A stretch of 61,743 nucleotides of DNA, filler included, from Platydemus manokwari (taxonomy: Eukaryota): the NCBI GenBank assembly GCA_037951405.1. It is 5 parts of 5 records of this genome, joined end to end, with 100 filler letters (N's around TTAATTAATTAA, not from the genome) between each part and the next. Parts side by side here need not be neighbours in the genome. Positions count along the whole stretch, not along the records: positions 1 to 11,376 come from JBBMOY010724428.1; positions 11,477 to 20,770 come from JBBMOY011270651.1; positions 20,871 to 30,960 come from JBBMOY011170878.1; 2 more parts are not named here. The stretch is one strand, 5' to 3'. The translations under genes were made by a program, and so were the position numbers. The notes beneath the pieces are model-generated. The model was not told the DNA's origin. It searched no databases and saw only the letters and a program-made list of their open reading frames with translations. Of the stretch, positions 1 to 21,230 are shown one piece after another. Numbering within the stretch: position 1 is the stretch's first letter; every line of letters starts with the position of its first letter.

Positions 1-545
1 CTTTATTACGAATGTCAAAAAGAGACAAGGCTGAATTGTTGAACCTAGTCCCTATTTGAATTTTGAAAATTATACATGTAGCATCTTCACCTGTACGATT
101 TATTTGATTTGGATCAAATTTTCATATCATTTAAACATCGACAGGTTTGGGATCTATGTATCCAATCTATTAAATAGATATTAAAATACTTATTTTCAGA
201 GACAAAACAAGTACCTTGTTCCTGGCATTTCTCAATAATTTCGAAGTCACTTTTTAATAAAATAAGTCTAAAAATCTTAGATATAATTCCAATTGTTTCT
301 AATGTTAAAAGAAGGGGTCCTCGTTAATTTTTAATTAATTGCATTTTGACCTACTTTGACCCGTATTTCAAATAACTAATTTTTAGGAGATTTTAAAAAT
401 CTTATGCATGTAATATTTCATTCTAAATAACTTAAATTTTACTCAAGTACTTAAATAAAAAATTCAAAATGTTATTAAAATTTTAATTATATAATCTATA
501 TAGATTTTTGCAATACACCCAATTTTTCTCTAAGATAAACGGTCT
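1..545 (+). repeat. Interspersed repeat family A, partial copy
   Basis: 300-520 aligns by eye with 5095-5315 (AATTGCA..GACCTACTTTGA; TACTTAAATAxAAAATTCAAAATGT; TTTTGCAATACACCCAA). 1-300 is only weakly similar. Confidence 0.7.
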
Positions 546-975
546 AAATTTTATTTGTAATTCAATTTTGTATATGTAAGAAAATTCTTTTTGTAGAATT
601 CCAATTATATTTGATAACCTCAAATTAAATTTGTGAATTAAATAATTACAATTAGTTTCAAGATTATTAAAATAAATTAAATAAATATCATTTAAACTAA
701 ATATAAATAAAAACAATTATCCTGAGAGATCGCATCCATAATACTATTTTCTTACTCTTATTTCTAAAATAAAATTTAAATATTTACAAATATAGGAAGT
801 AATTTAATTGAGTTCGTCAATGTAACTCTTAAAATTTAAATTGTTATCTTTTACTTATAGAAATTCTGAGAGTTATTAAAGAATAACAATTGACAAAAGA
901 GCTCCATATATTTGTTTATTTATTTCAAAAATTATAATAAACGCCGTAATTATTTAATTATAGTTTAATAAATAA

Positions 976-7584
<6,609 letters not shown>

Positions 7585-7934
7585 TAAATAATTTTTCACC
7601 AACTTGTTCTATCGGAAATTCAATTAATTATTCAATATTAATGTGTTTGGTGTTTAAATTCAAATTTAATTAATTGGAACGATTATTGGTTTAATTATAA
7701 TTATTTTATTTATAAATTTAATAATATTATTTAAATCTTATTCAAATTTATATGATTTCAAAATTCATAACATATAATTAATAAATAAATTATATATTGT
7801 TATTCGCAAATATAATATAATACGAATAAATATATTTTGGTACAATTAGAAATGATTCGATACTTTATTATTTAATTGTTTATGCAATTCCACATGATAT
7901 TATATTTGCCCGTAATTCCAACGTTATTATATTT

Positions 7935-8075
7935 ATTGTGAGATATTTTAATTGAATTAAATTTTTAATGCAAATTTAATTCTAATTTGATATAAAATCA
8001 TATTTAAATAAATTTTTGCTTTCTTGACATTTCAATTCGCTTTTAATGTGTGGTTCTTAAAATAGTACCGGCTAA
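7935..8075 (+). repeat. Repeat family B, single arm
   Basis: TTGTGAG..AATTGAATTAAA..TTTCAATTCGCTTTTAATGTGTGGTTCTTAAAATAGTACCGGCT matches 39058-39175 and the reverse complement of 20156-20325. Confidence 0.65.
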
Positions 8076-9182
8076 CGTTTATCTTTGATTGTTGTAGAGC
8101 AAATCTCAAAGTTTTGACCAAAATTTACTTTTACATAAGTTTGACTATTTCGTGTAACTGCGAAATTCTGGTCAATCAGTTTATGTATTCATATTTTATT
8201 TATTATTTTAACAATATTATTTCATCATAATATTATCTATCATAACATGACATCACAAGTCAAAATCATTGTCCACTCTCAATTCATTTTTCTCTATCGC
8301 GGTAAACCTCTGATCAACATTATAAATGAATCTAGAACAGGATTTCTAATCCATTGAATCATTAAGAGAGAGATTGAAGTTTAATGTTCAATTGGCTGAT
8401 ATGAAGAACCTTTATACGTTTGTTTATCTCAATTAATGGAGCCAGTCACATTGAAATAAAATGATTATCTAACTAGTTTTTCGGAAATGTTTGTAAATGT
8501 TCATAATTATTTATTATTTTGACCAATTTGCCTTGTATATGTCAATATTAAATCGTAATGGAAAGCCTAACTTGATAATGTTTGGAAAAGAATATTATGT
8601 GCATGAGATTTTAATTATATTAAATAGTGTAAAAATCATTGAATTGTTATGTTATTAATGATTCTCTTTGGTTAGAAGATTTCAAAATATTGTTTTTGTA
8701 AAAGTTGGCGTAGATATATTTGAAATATCATTTGAGTTTATGTTGCTGCTCATGATATAATATATTCATTTAATTTGCTTAAATAAATATAGATTTACAA
8801 ATTTTATACCCAGTTTTCATTGAAATACATAATTGAATTGGATAAGACAATTTAGACCAATTATTAGTAAATGTGATAAATATTTATTATTTCTAAGTCT
8901 AACATTGAAATAAAACCTAATTACGACATGCGTTGGTGTTTTATATAAACATTCAATGATATATTAATTTTGATTAGGTCATTCAGATTGGATATTCGAT
9001 AGATTCTACATGAATCAAATATGCTAAAGTTAAATTAATGATAATACCAGTTACAAAAAAATATTATTTTCACAATCGGTTGCGTTTATTAGAGATTGCG
9101 TTTATAGAGATAAATTATTTAAGGTTTTTATTTTTAATTCCATTAACTCTCATATAATAACCATATCATGTGTTATAAAATA

Positions 9183-9485
9183 AATTGGTTTAATTTGAGA
9201 AAAGGGGTCCTTTGACCTGCTTCCGTAATAATGAATTTTCACACATGTTATAATTTTATAACTTAATTATATTTATAATTGCTATGTTTGACTTATTCAT
9301 ATGATTCATTAATATCTCACTTTTTAGGATGTTTAATATCAACAAAACCAAGTTTCTATCCAAATCACAACATGATAATTTGGGTTTTTAAAATAATTTT
9401 TTTTAAATCATAAATCGAGTTAGTTAATTACAGTCGTGTGTGATGATCTGATATCACTTATTTTTTTAAAAATAATTGTAAAAAT
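9183..9485 (+). repeat. Interspersed repeat family A, left-half copy
   Basis: Aligns with 4750-5070 (GGGTCCT..GACCTxCTT; TGAATTTTC; AATATCTCAxTTTTT; AAATCxAGTTAGTTAATTACAG; AATAATTGTAAAAAT). Confidence 0.75.
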
Positions 9486-11376
9486 CTTCATTACATTTTT
9501 CTCTGTTCTATTTAAAATGTCTTAATGGTCATACATTAATAAAACAATATTTGATAAATAAATAATTATAAAAATGTATAATATACGAACTTGTTTTTGT
9601 TAATGATTTAATTGCAGCTGTGTGGAATTATTATTTTAGATAATTAGTCCACATTTCAGTAGTAGATGAAATTCCACACATTAACTAATAAAATTTGTTA
9701 CTCAGTATTTTGAAAATCTGTTGTTATTTATGTTTTTTATTTAAATACAAACCATAAAACTGTGTTTTTATTACTTAAACATATTGACGCTTTCAAGTAG
9801 TAACGTGAACATTACTTATGTGTTGGAGGCAGTTTTTAGTCTTATATACATAGTCACTACATACTTACATAAAATTAATAACCTATTAATAATTATAAAA
9901 GTTGAATGTTAATTCTGATAAAAAAATCATTCAAGATATTATTTTAAGATATTTGATTAAAGTTAGCATTGTAATTAATCTTGAACTACCTGAGCGCGTG
10001 TTATTCAATTAATAATTTTAATGAAAATAATTATTAAAAAATTTATATATTGATAGAAATATATAGATTCCACCACTAAAACTGATTTCAAATTCAGATC
10101 GATTTAAACTAAAATTTATAAAATAGGCTGAAGAAAGTAGTTGTTAGGATGAACTATCTAAATGTATTAAATTTTAGTGCTGTATATACACGCACCCATT
10201 ATAAAAAGTATTTATTAACACTGTTGTTTCTTGACTAAAAGTGGGTTATTATTCAGTATTCTTGAGCTGGCTTTTAGATTATTTGAAATTCAATTCTTGA
10301 AATTTTCACAATGTAGGTGTATAAATTCATATGAGAAATGAAAGAAAATTTACCTTAAAATGAAGAAATATTAGAATTTCTGCCAGGTCTTACAGCACAA
10401 TCTCTCGATTTCGATAGAGAGCATACTCATATAATGTATCAAGTAAGTACATTTACTCTTTCTAGTTTCCCAAATAGTTCGTGCAAATACTATTGAAAGT
10501 CTCATATTCATTTTTCGATGTTATTTAATGTTGAATAGATAATTTTTCATTAATTAATTCTCTAAAGGGTCACTTGTAAAGGAAACAGCAGAATTTTATA
10601 AAACCAAGTTCCAGACCAACCAAACGCGAAATGATTTTCAAATCATCACAATTTTTTTATTTTTATACTTAATTTTAAGTTTTACATTGACCTACATTTC
10701 TTTAATGCTTGTAAGTGAGCCAAAAGAACAGATGGAAGTGTATTAGCAATGTGTAAAAGAATAGCTTTTGAAATGATATTAAAATAATCTATAAATGAAC
10801 GCCAGTCTTCACTTTGCTACACATTATTAACTCATTTTATGAAAGATTCAAAGTCACTATGGTTAAAATTTCAAAGTCCTGCGCTATCGGAAAAAATTAA
10901 GACCACTTTGAAAAATTACATCAGAACAACACATTTACAGTCAAGTGACAAAATTTTCTTTTATTTATTAGCAAATTGAAATTGATATATTCAATATATT
11001 GTGACTGTCAATCCTATCAAGTATATTTGGATGAATATTAAATAATTTTTAAAAATTTTATTCTACACAATTCTGAATTTTCAACTTTTACTTTTACGAA
11101 GGAAACATCAAAGGATAAACATTCAAAATTCAGTTGAAATCGTCTGAGATCAGTGTTTTAAAATATTTTAAAATCACGTTTTTTTGAAAATATTTAATAT
11201 CATTATGGTAATGCTCAAAAAATTTGATCAGTTGCATAAATGAAGTAAAAAATTATGAAAAATAATAGAATTCATTAAGTTAGACTTATAGTTTTAATTT
11301 GGTAAATCATAAATGTTGATAAAACCTATTTATTTTTCAGTGAATCAAAGATATCTCATTGTTTTGTGGGTTTAGT

Positions 11377-11476
11377 NNNNNNNNNNNNNNNNNNNNNNNN
11401 NNNNNNNNNNNNNNNNNNNNTTAATTAATTAANNNNNNNNNNNNNNNNNNNNNNNNNNNNNNNNNNNNNNNNNNNN
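11377..11476. other. Artificial contig spacer (44 N + TTAATTAATTAA + 44 N)
   Basis: Exactly 100 nt; the central 12-mer puts stop codons in all six frames; four identical copies in the window. Confidence 0.97.
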
Positions 11477-12488
11477 TATATAAATAATAAATATTATAAA
11501 TATCAATATTTCAAACCCGTCTTTTCTCGGAAATTCCAAAGTGTCAAAATATAAAAAATGTACATTAATTAAATAAAAATTAATACACATTTTATACGTA
11601 CTGTCATGCAGATGTATTCACATATTTTTCAATGTAAATTAATTGTTTTAAGTAACTTGTTGGGCCAGAACTCCAACATGTAAACTAATTATTGAGTCAA
11701 ACCCACAACATTTAAGTAATATAGAGCTAAAGGTCCTCGTGTATATTCTTAATTTTTATTGAGATTAATAAATTTTCTATTTAGTTATGATTTAATATTT
11801 TAGATCAAAAGATTTTTCGTCAAATATACATTTTATATATTCACAATCTTTCTGCATAGTCTTATCAAAAATTAAATCCCTAAACATTATCTTAGTTTAA
11901 TATGAATAATATTATCAATATAATTTTTCTAAAGAATTTTAAGCAATTAATTAATTCTTGGTTCAAATTTAGGAAGTTTAGTGTTTCATTACTTGATTTT
12001 GTTGTTGAAATTCTTCAGGTTTACAATTCTTAGCTAATCCCTTAGGAGTTCGTGAAACAGCACTACCAATTGTATAATAAATGTTATTTTTTCAAATTTT
12101 ATATTTTTTAAGTACTCGAATGTTCAGCAGCTTTAAATTTTGATGATAAATATTATATTATTTATATTTACAAATGATTATCAAAATTTTTAAAAATATC
12201 TTCATAGATCAAATTTTTGTCAGATGTTATTTTATATTTTACTGTTTATTGGTAATAAAATTAAATTCTATTTCATTATTAAATAATTATTAATATAATT
12301 TGGTGTTAATTTAATTCATTTTTCTATTGTTATTTATAATCATTTTATGGAACAAGTCTAAGCCTTGCTAAACAAAACGCACAAAACGAAGAGCTTGATC
12401 GAAGTATATATAAAAAATTATATCACCTATATCTCACAGATCAATAAACCAGGGTTAAGAAAAAGTAGAAAATATTTTGATATTTCAT

Positions 12489-15400
12489 CTAGGCGTGGAG
12501 AGGCACAACTTGAGATTTGCGATATTTTACAAATGAATTCACCTCATTATTTTCAATGTTGTAATATCTATTTCGATATTCACATTTCTTGCACGAAATT
12601 GTTTTAAATTCTTCCAAGTCACCTAAATAGAACTTCGAAAGCTTGTAATCGAACTCCCAGTCATTGTCATTGTTTTGGCGAGTATGTAAAATATTGGTTG
12701 TCCATTTAGGAATCTTTAGTTTTGTCATTTTGCGATGAGCTTCATAAAAAATCGATTTTCGACTCTCTAACAAAATACCCTTCAAAAATAATCTGATTTT
12801 TAAGTAAATATAATAATGAAAATCAAAAGAAAATTTTCATCACCTTGGAAATAAAGCTATGGCTGTCGTGATTATAATGATGATATATGTTTTTCCTCTG
12901 GCCATAGTATATTGCAAAACCTTGTAAGGATTATCGGTATTACAGTCAATTACAACAGTACATATGCTATTCAAAATAAACAATTCGAGATAGAATCCAA
13001 TAGCCAAACAACCAATACATGCGGCCCAATGAAGTGGACTCTGAAATAAAGCAAAAGGCTGTTAATAACTACAACTAATTTGATAATGAAAAAATTTAAA
13101 TTACAAAATAATAATTTATTACCGAAAAATCTTATCTAGTATTATTATTTCCGGGTGATGTAATATTAATTTTTTTTGCAAAATAAACTATTGCTGCAGA
13201 TTAATAAGATTTCAGATGAAAAACTTTAATTTCAAAACAACCAATTTAGATTTTTAGACTTGATTTAGACTCTGGAATCAATAAGCAAATTTTATTATTT
13301 CATAAACAATTTATCTTGAATTTCATTGGATAAGACAATTAAATGAAAAATTTTCAACGTGTTTTAAATTTACTCAAATATTGGTATGACAGAAATAAAA
13401 TTTATGCTTGAAATGAAACTGAAACCTAATAGATATGGATAAAATTAAATTTATAATAAATGGAGATTTAAATTAAAAATTCGGAAAAATAAACCCTCAA
13501 TAAACGTTTAACTCTTTACAACAAAAGATAGGGAATTTAACAAAGATAACATTGTTATGATATTTAAATAAATTCATCAAATTCCAGCAAAACTCATGAT
13601 TCCAGAAAAGTATACACGTGAACTCATCAGTTATGTAATACCAAGGTCGTAACATTGGTGTCAACAACATATAGCTTATCAACTGAATAAATGGAGATAA
13701 TTTTAAGGAAATTAACAATAATGCGATGGTATGATTCAAATATAAAGCATTAACGATCGCTTATTATCTAAAAAGATTGTCAGCTAATTCTTTTATACAA
13801 ATATCACCACGTCAGGTTATCTATTTATAGAATAATAATAAACTCAATTAGGTAACCTTAATATTATATTTGAAAACAAATGAAAATGTATATAAGAATT
13901 AATATTAAACTTATTGTTCATCATATCCATTTTGGAAATGTATACAGTTGTGATTCTTTCACATTAAAGAAATGCAATATAGCCCATAACCGTTACTATA
14001 AGATCTATAAATATTAAACAAGACTTAAATTAGTTGGTTTTAACATTATTCCCTGAAAGAAAATGATTCAGCGTGCCTAAATTCAATTTGAAATTTCCAA
14101 AACACATTAAAAAATTCAAGAACACTACTTGTAACCACAGACCCTCATCAGATATTCTATTAAACACTCAAATTTTTAAAGTTCTGTGAGAACAGAGCGA
14201 TGATTTAATCACAACCTTATCATTTATATGTTTACCGTACATTGTTCCACTTGAGTGGTCTTGATTTATTTTAATTAATTATATCTTAAATAATTTTCAA
14301 ACCAGTAACAATCTCTTATTAATTACTTACCCAAAATTTGGATTCTATAAGTAAATGTGCGAACATGGTAATAACAACTATAGAAACGGAGACAATGCCA
14401 AATTCACCCATACCAATCTCAGTATCATCATAACAGAGCCATGGAATGAGAAAAATGCAGAAAGATTGCCAAATTGCATCCAAAATATTTTGCCAAAAAT
14501 CTCGTGGTCGATATATCTGAAATGATTCGATAAAGTAAAATGGGATCTGTCTTCATAGAATCACCTTGGAATTGGTTCCAATTTTATATAATTGTGGATT
14601 AGCCATCAATACTTGGTCATTGAAATCTTTGTCCCAAATACCGTAAATTATTGGCGGTAAACCCGTATGGATGATATGGAATATAATTTGAGTAATCTGG
14701 TCAATTGCTGTACTTCCCGAGAAACCACAAACAAATTGATAGAAATAAAGCACCATACAAATTAACTGTAAAAAATATTAAACATCAAATAGTAAATAAA
14801 TAATGTCTTTAAAATCAGGGTTTTATTTTAAAAATATATTTGTATTTTTAAAAAATTTTTTAATATTTTTAAAATATTTTATCTACCAGATATAATAATA
14901 AATTTAATCGTAACTGATTTTTCTTAGAAAAGTTTTAATAAGCTCTGATACAAATGAGACATCTAAGAAGCTCTTGATCATTAACAAACGGATATCAAAA
15001 ACACTCCAAGTCGAAAAGAAACATTTAAAATTATAAAATCCATAAAAATTAAAAACTATTTGGAAAATTAATTTAATAATCTCATACACCTGTCATTCAC
15101 TCACTCAGGAATTGATTTTTCGGAATAATTTCTGGAATTAAAAAGTACCTGGTTCCCCCACTCTTCCATAAGACTATGAAACACAGATTAAAATAAAGTT
15201 TAATTGTTATAAATAAATATGATAGATTAACTTGAACTGTTTTATTTTTTCAAAATTATGTTATCTATTATTATTTAACAATAAAAATTATCCAATATAT
15301 TTGCCAATAATTGTATTTAGTAAAAGTATTTTTAGATTTATTAGGATTTGTCGCTGGAATACTTTAAAATATGCGATCAGGAGTAATTCCTTAAAACATC

Positions 15401-17954
15401 AATTTTAGACTCTTAAAGTGACTCATCAATATGGACTTCGAAAGCAAATGACAAAAAAATTAGATAAGCAAATAATGTATGCTATCTGCTTACCATATCC
15501 TTGTAAAATAAAAAGAGAGATAATCTTGCTAATTTATCATACGACCAATGACCATGAACGAGAATCAATCTTTTTAGATATTTGAATTTTGTTATTGCAA
15601 AATCTGATGCCATTGTCGCCTGGGAGCCTTCTTTCCCACTAATTCCAATACCAATATCAGCTGTCTGAATCATATTCACATCATTAGCACCATCACCAAT
15701 ACCAAGTGTTCGAACGTTGAAATTATTTTTGATCATTCGAACTACTTCACTCTAGCGACATTGACATAATTTTAAATGTGAAAGATCGACCAATACCTTC
15801 TGAATAGGAGTACATCTGCAACAAACCACACTTCTACAAAAATAGGCCACATGCAGGAATTCATTTCTCAAATCTTCATTTTCACAATCCAAAATGATGG
15901 ACAAACTGGAACCTTCTATAACCAGTCCAAAGTTTTCGTGTTTACATGTTTTCGTTTTCACATTGATTTGGTCATTGTAAATGCTTTTTTCAATGATATA
16001 CCTAATGGAAGTGATCTCTGCTAGTAAATCCTCCTAAACATTTAAAATAAAAGAATGTCAAAGAAAATATCAGAAAGTAATTATTATTAAAATGGTAAGA
16101 AAATCAATGAACTCTGAATTCGTAAAATTCCAGTCGTCAGACTTGAACTAATGTCCTAACCAAAATGGATTATTAATATTACTGATAACTTTCAGAAATA
16201 CTCTGAAATAAAACCCAAACGCAACCACGGCATATGTTGCAAACGTAAGTAGGTGACTGTAAAATTGATTTATGGATTTCCTTAATTATAAAAACAATAG
16301 AAAAGATAAGGGGATTTAAAAGTGAAGTCTCTAAAAGTAATATAAACGGTTCAATCACTATATTGTTAACCAAATTATTATGATTTATATTTGCTTAAAG
16401 AATAATTTGAATCAAAAATTTCGTATGTAAATGATAAGTACACTTGTGGGGAAAAAGAAAACTCTAATATCCACATATTAACGTATGTGGTAAGCAAAAT
16501 ATATCTCAGGTTCAAATAAAATAGAAGAAATAACCATCTTTTCGTCTGTTTTAAATGTGAATAATATCTACTGAAGGATAATTATAAATTTACAACATTA
16601 GATATCAAATGATCCTCAATGGATATCAATATGAGTGCTTATTTAATAAGATAATATTAATATTTGTGGGCCTAGGAGTCTTTGAAATTCATCTTCACAA
16701 CTTACACAAAAAACTGAAAACTTTTCAAATTAAAATATTAAATATTAACTTTATTATCTTTGATAATCTCTAATACGATATCATCTTTTCGAAACAATCT
16801 TGTTGAGTAAGAAATGCTGACTGCTGTTTCCTTTTTGTCACCTGTTAAAATCCAAATAACTATTCCAGCATCTTTCAAACATTCTAATATTTCTGGAACA
16901 AATTCTTGTAATTTATCTTCCAATCCAACGGCTCCTGAAAAAAGAGATAGATGACAAATAGGTAACCCATTTCGAAATAAGAATAAAATATTATCGAAAA
17001 ATATCGAAATAGCACACAAATAAGTTTTTTGTGACCATTTCAAATTTGACCGCTCTGACGATTAAAAAAGATTAATTTAAAAATTCTTAAAATTATAAAA
17101 AAATTTAAAATAATCAATTAATTCAAAGCATTTAAATTGATATTCGTCGAATTTTAAATCTGCTCCATTTAAAATTATTCTGATCCAGATTAATATTATT
17201 TATATCATTGTTAAAATAATTCATGTCCATTAATTTTCTACCGCAACAGCTGAAAAACTATCGATATATCGCTTTTGTAATTTTTTCTTCTAAATTTTAA
17301 TGGTAAGAAACCAAATCTATCATTTTAAAATTCGCTGACTGATATACTGAAACCCAGGTAGCATTTTATAAATTCATCCCATCATACAAATGGATCAGAG
17401 TGAATGTTGAAATTAGATTTTACATACTTATTGCAATTTCTCTCACTCTTCAGTATCGAATAATACATCGAATTTACTATTTCATCATTCACTCATTAGT
17501 GGATTAGAACCACCTCCTACTATTTCACTCACATTCACATAATTGCTTAGTATGTAACTAATGCAAAAATGTTTTACAATTTCTAATGGTTTCATAAAAT
17601 TTATAGTTTGCAATTAATAAAACATCATGTATCAATAATGTATGAAAATAATTTTAAAATAAATTTAAGGGATAATTTTTGGTATAAATAATCAATGATA
17701 TTTAACTGAAGTGGATAATGCGGTTTCCCAGTATATCTATTAAGTCAATTATGGATGAAGAAACATAAATAAAAGCTGTAGTCAAAACAAAAATGAAAAT
17801 CAAATATAAAACCTATATTTCTCTTACCAACAAGTTCCAAATTATTTTCAATCATATCAAACGTTTCTTTAATAGCATGTTCATTATTAATAAAACATTC
17901 TTCAACCTTTAATAGATAATTTTCCCAGTTTTGATATTCGATTTCTTGAAGAAC
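12489..17954 (-). CDS. ATP10: Phospholipid-transporting P4-ATPase, class V (ATP10-like), 3' part; exons 17828-17954, 16750-16934, 15797-16033, 15494-15751, 14565-14765, 14331-14516, 12844-13040, 12489-12792
   Basis: Eight GT-AG exons splice in frame: [98 protein letters not shown], FxCGFS and YRPxxFW are characteristic of the ATP10 subfamily. 5' exons (DKTGT, TM1-4) not found in this contig. Confidence 0.93.
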
Positions 17955-20155
17955 CTTTAAATAAATGAAAAAATAAATCTATTATGACAATGAAAAAGTA
18001 ATTACAAATAATTTTTTATAATCGAATCTCATAACAGAGATTGGAATAAAAGTATTTCCAATACCCAATAATAAACCATATTAATAATTCATCCAAAAAC
18101 AAAGTCAAATCAATGGTTTGAATTTCGAATAAATTATTATTATTTGTAATATATTTGTAAACTGACTTCAGATTTGGTCATTATCGTTGTTACAGATATG
18201 AATCTATTCTATTGAAAAAGGAAAACAAGTTCTATTATCAAGCATAATATTCAAAATATTGTTCATTTTCTCTTAAATTAGATCTGCCTTCTGGCAAGCC
18301 TATATGCGTTGTTGATATGTTAAATTTCTATGATATGTATAAATCGAGAAAATTTACTTAAAATAATCAAATAAACAAATAATGATGAGAAAATAGAATG
18401 TCATTCAATATGGTAAACAACTGGACATCCACTAGTCATCGGAACATAAGATATTCAGTAAGAGAATCTAGTATATCCACCAAATGAAGATCAAAATTTC
18501 ATAAATATATTCATAAATAATATTGGAATCATCTCAATTGAATTGAAATATATAATGATAATTCCCGAATTATAAAAATGAAGAATTATTAGTATTATCA
18601 TACAAAAGATGAAGATAATTTTTTATGTTAGCCAACATTGATAAAAATGAGAATAAATAAGTTAATATTGCCAATAAAATATCAGGTTATTTGAAAAAAC
18701 TACAGTGAAAGAAATATTTCTAAAATTATACAATGTTTATGTTTCTCAAATAAATTTTCAATTAAAAATTCCTGAGATTTCTCACCAACTATCTTTTAAT
18801 TAAACACTGTAATAAATTTGGTTTCAGAATGTTTCAACTGAGTTTAGAAATTTATTACGGCAAGACCATGATATAACATATTGATTAAATATAATCATGC
18901 AAAGACTGTCATAAAATTTAGAATAGTAAAGACCAATTGACTCAATGATCAGGAACATATTATAACTAGGAGAATTGAAAAGATTTTAGAGTTGATACAG
19001 AGAAGATAATGAAATGAATCACGCAAGGATTTTCATGAAAATTTCTGAAAGATATAACACACGTGCAAGAATCATTAATTAAATCTATAAATGAAATGAA
19101 AAGGTAAAAACTAAATCAAACAATTTTTTGAATTTATATATCATAATCTATAATGAATAAAATGGCATAACAGTGTCACTAACTACATTTTAACTGATTC
19201 CAAATTGAATAACTTGGCTTAATAATCAGCCATGACACAATGAAATTTTCAATGATAACCATTGTAAAAGTATTATCTATCTTTTGATACATATTAGAAA
19301 TTACATCAAATTGTTTTTACACGATTTTAAAAGAGAGGGCATAAAACTGTAAAACATCACGCTTTTGGAAATAAATATGGTTTTAAAAAGGTGAAATTTT
19401 TAAGGTTAAAAATTTAATTCAAAAATTTTATCCTTCAAACATTATATGAATAGTATATTCTTTAATATATATTTAAGCATTCTTATTGTATAAATAAATA
19501 TTTTACCAGTTGTTGAACATAAAAACCCGCATATTGGTTTAACTATAATAAATTATATCTTTTTTATATCACCAATTAGATAAAAATTAGTTTTGTTCTA
19601 ATATTGAAAGAAACCTGTGTGATTTTTAAATAAATAAATTTTAATGGAAGCAACTGATGTTTTTATTTCAACTATTATTAAACGAATCAACATTGAGAAA
19701 AGGAACATTTGGTTTTTAATCATGCTATTATAAGCATAATATTGAATATGTACCAAAATATTTCGCAAGTTCGTCTATTTTCCCATTGAAATCAGATTTT
19801 TATTATTTGTTTATTGCGTAAATTAAAAATTTATCTAAAATCGATCAATTTAACTTTCCTTTCGATCTTTTTCCTACATCTCATATATTTTCATGTAGAT
19901 AGAATCCAATATTATGAATTAATAATTTAATTTGATTAATTATCTGGTATTATTTAATTAAATTCGTCTTGAGAATGATTCTAGAAGTCAACACAATATT
20001 ATATTCAAACAAATTCTTAATATAAATTTTCCTTAATATCATTTCATTTGAAAATCTTCAAACACCGATTTGTTTAAATCTTTGATTTTCTCCACACTTT
20101 CTAGTTATCCATTTATTTATTCGAACTATATATTTTGTATATCTTTATCCTTGTT

Positions 20156-20325
20156 AAACGCTACTATTTTAAAAACCACACATTCAAAACGAACTGAAAA
20201 GTCACGACACCAAATAATGTAATTAAATACAATGATTTAAACAAAAGAATTTGATTTCTACAAAAATATTTTTTATAGAATTAAATCATTGAAATTTTTT
20301 CATTCAATTTTAAAAACTCACAATC
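20156..20325 (-). repeat. Repeat family B, single arm (inverted relative to 7935-8075)
   Basis: CGCTACTATTTTAAAAACCACACATTCAAAACGAACTGAAAAGTCA..TTCAATTTTAAAAACTCACAA is the reverse complement of the arms at 7935-8075 and 39058-39175. Confidence 0.65.
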
Positions 20326-20697
20326 CAATATTTTGATTCGGATTTATTCTTTAATATATCAACACAGTTTATGATATCGTATTATCTATTTATTTGAAAT
20401 TTATTCGATATTTTCTGTTCTGCTTTACTTTTCATCATGTTAGTTGTTGCCATCTCTTTAATGACAAATGCATTTTATAGCGATGCTAAGACAAGGTTAT
20501 CCAATTATAATCAAATAAATCATTTACAATTATTTCACAAATGTTCTCAAGCGTATGTGTGGAATTTCTTTATTTGAGTCTATTCAAGTAAAGGATCAAA
20601 TGGCAACGAAGACTTTTCATAAAGTTCAATGATTTATTTTGTATTTTGTTGATTTTATATATTTCTAATACGAATATTAAAAAATGGATTGATTATA

Positions 20698-20770
20698 TAC
20701 CAGGTGTGTCGGTAATTCCTTTCCGGTTTTTGTAACAGATGTCACTGGCCATAAGAAAAATGGTTTGTTG
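20698..20770 (+). mobile_element. Terminus of a mauritiana-subfamily (Mos1/Mboumar-like) mariner, cut by the contig end
   Basis: TA (20698-20699) followed by CCAGGTGTGTCGGTAATTCCTTTCCGGTTTTT (20700-20731), a CCAGGTGT-starting ~32-bp mariner ITR, then a CAGATGTCACT subterminal motif. The contig breaks 40 nt later, as expected at a high-copy repeat. Confidence 0.8.
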
Positions 20771-20870
20771 NNNNNNNNNNNNNNNNNNNNNNNNNNNNNN
20801 NNNNNNNNNNNNNNTTAATTAATTAANNNNNNNNNNNNNNNNNNNNNNNNNNNNNNNNNNNNNNNNNNNN
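20771..20870. other. Artificial contig spacer
   Basis: 44 N + TTAATTAATTAA + 44 N. Confidence 0.97.
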
Positions 20871-21230
20871 GGTTCCACGTAGGCCTAACCTCCAATAAAT
20901 TAGAAACTTTAGGGCTCTTACCGGGAAACCTAAGAGACCACATCTAACATCACAAGCTCTATCTACATAGAGTCAATAAAATCTTTAACTCATAAATAAT
21001 CGTAAATTGAGAGAACCCCCAAGCCAAGCCTGGTTATTTGTCATTATTTATCAAACTTGATTTATTCATAAATTGTATCTGAATATATACATAGATTGTA
21101 ATTTATTATTTGAATATATATTTTTAATAAACTCGTTGTTTTCATAGCATAGTTTTACACAGCACCTTTGGAGTCAGGTGTTTCGAACCTCAATAAAAAC
21201 ATCAGTTGGGATAGAATAGAATCGCGTTAA
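20871..21230 (-). repeat. Repeat family C copy, inverted relative to 29568-29936, truncated by the contig start
   Basis: GGTTCCACGTAGGCCTAACCTCCAATAAATTAG..AGGGCTCTTACCGGGAAACCTAAGAGACCACAT and ACACAGCACCTTTGGAGTCAGGTGTT are near-exact reverse complements of 29865-29936 and 29620-29645. Confidence 0.85.
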
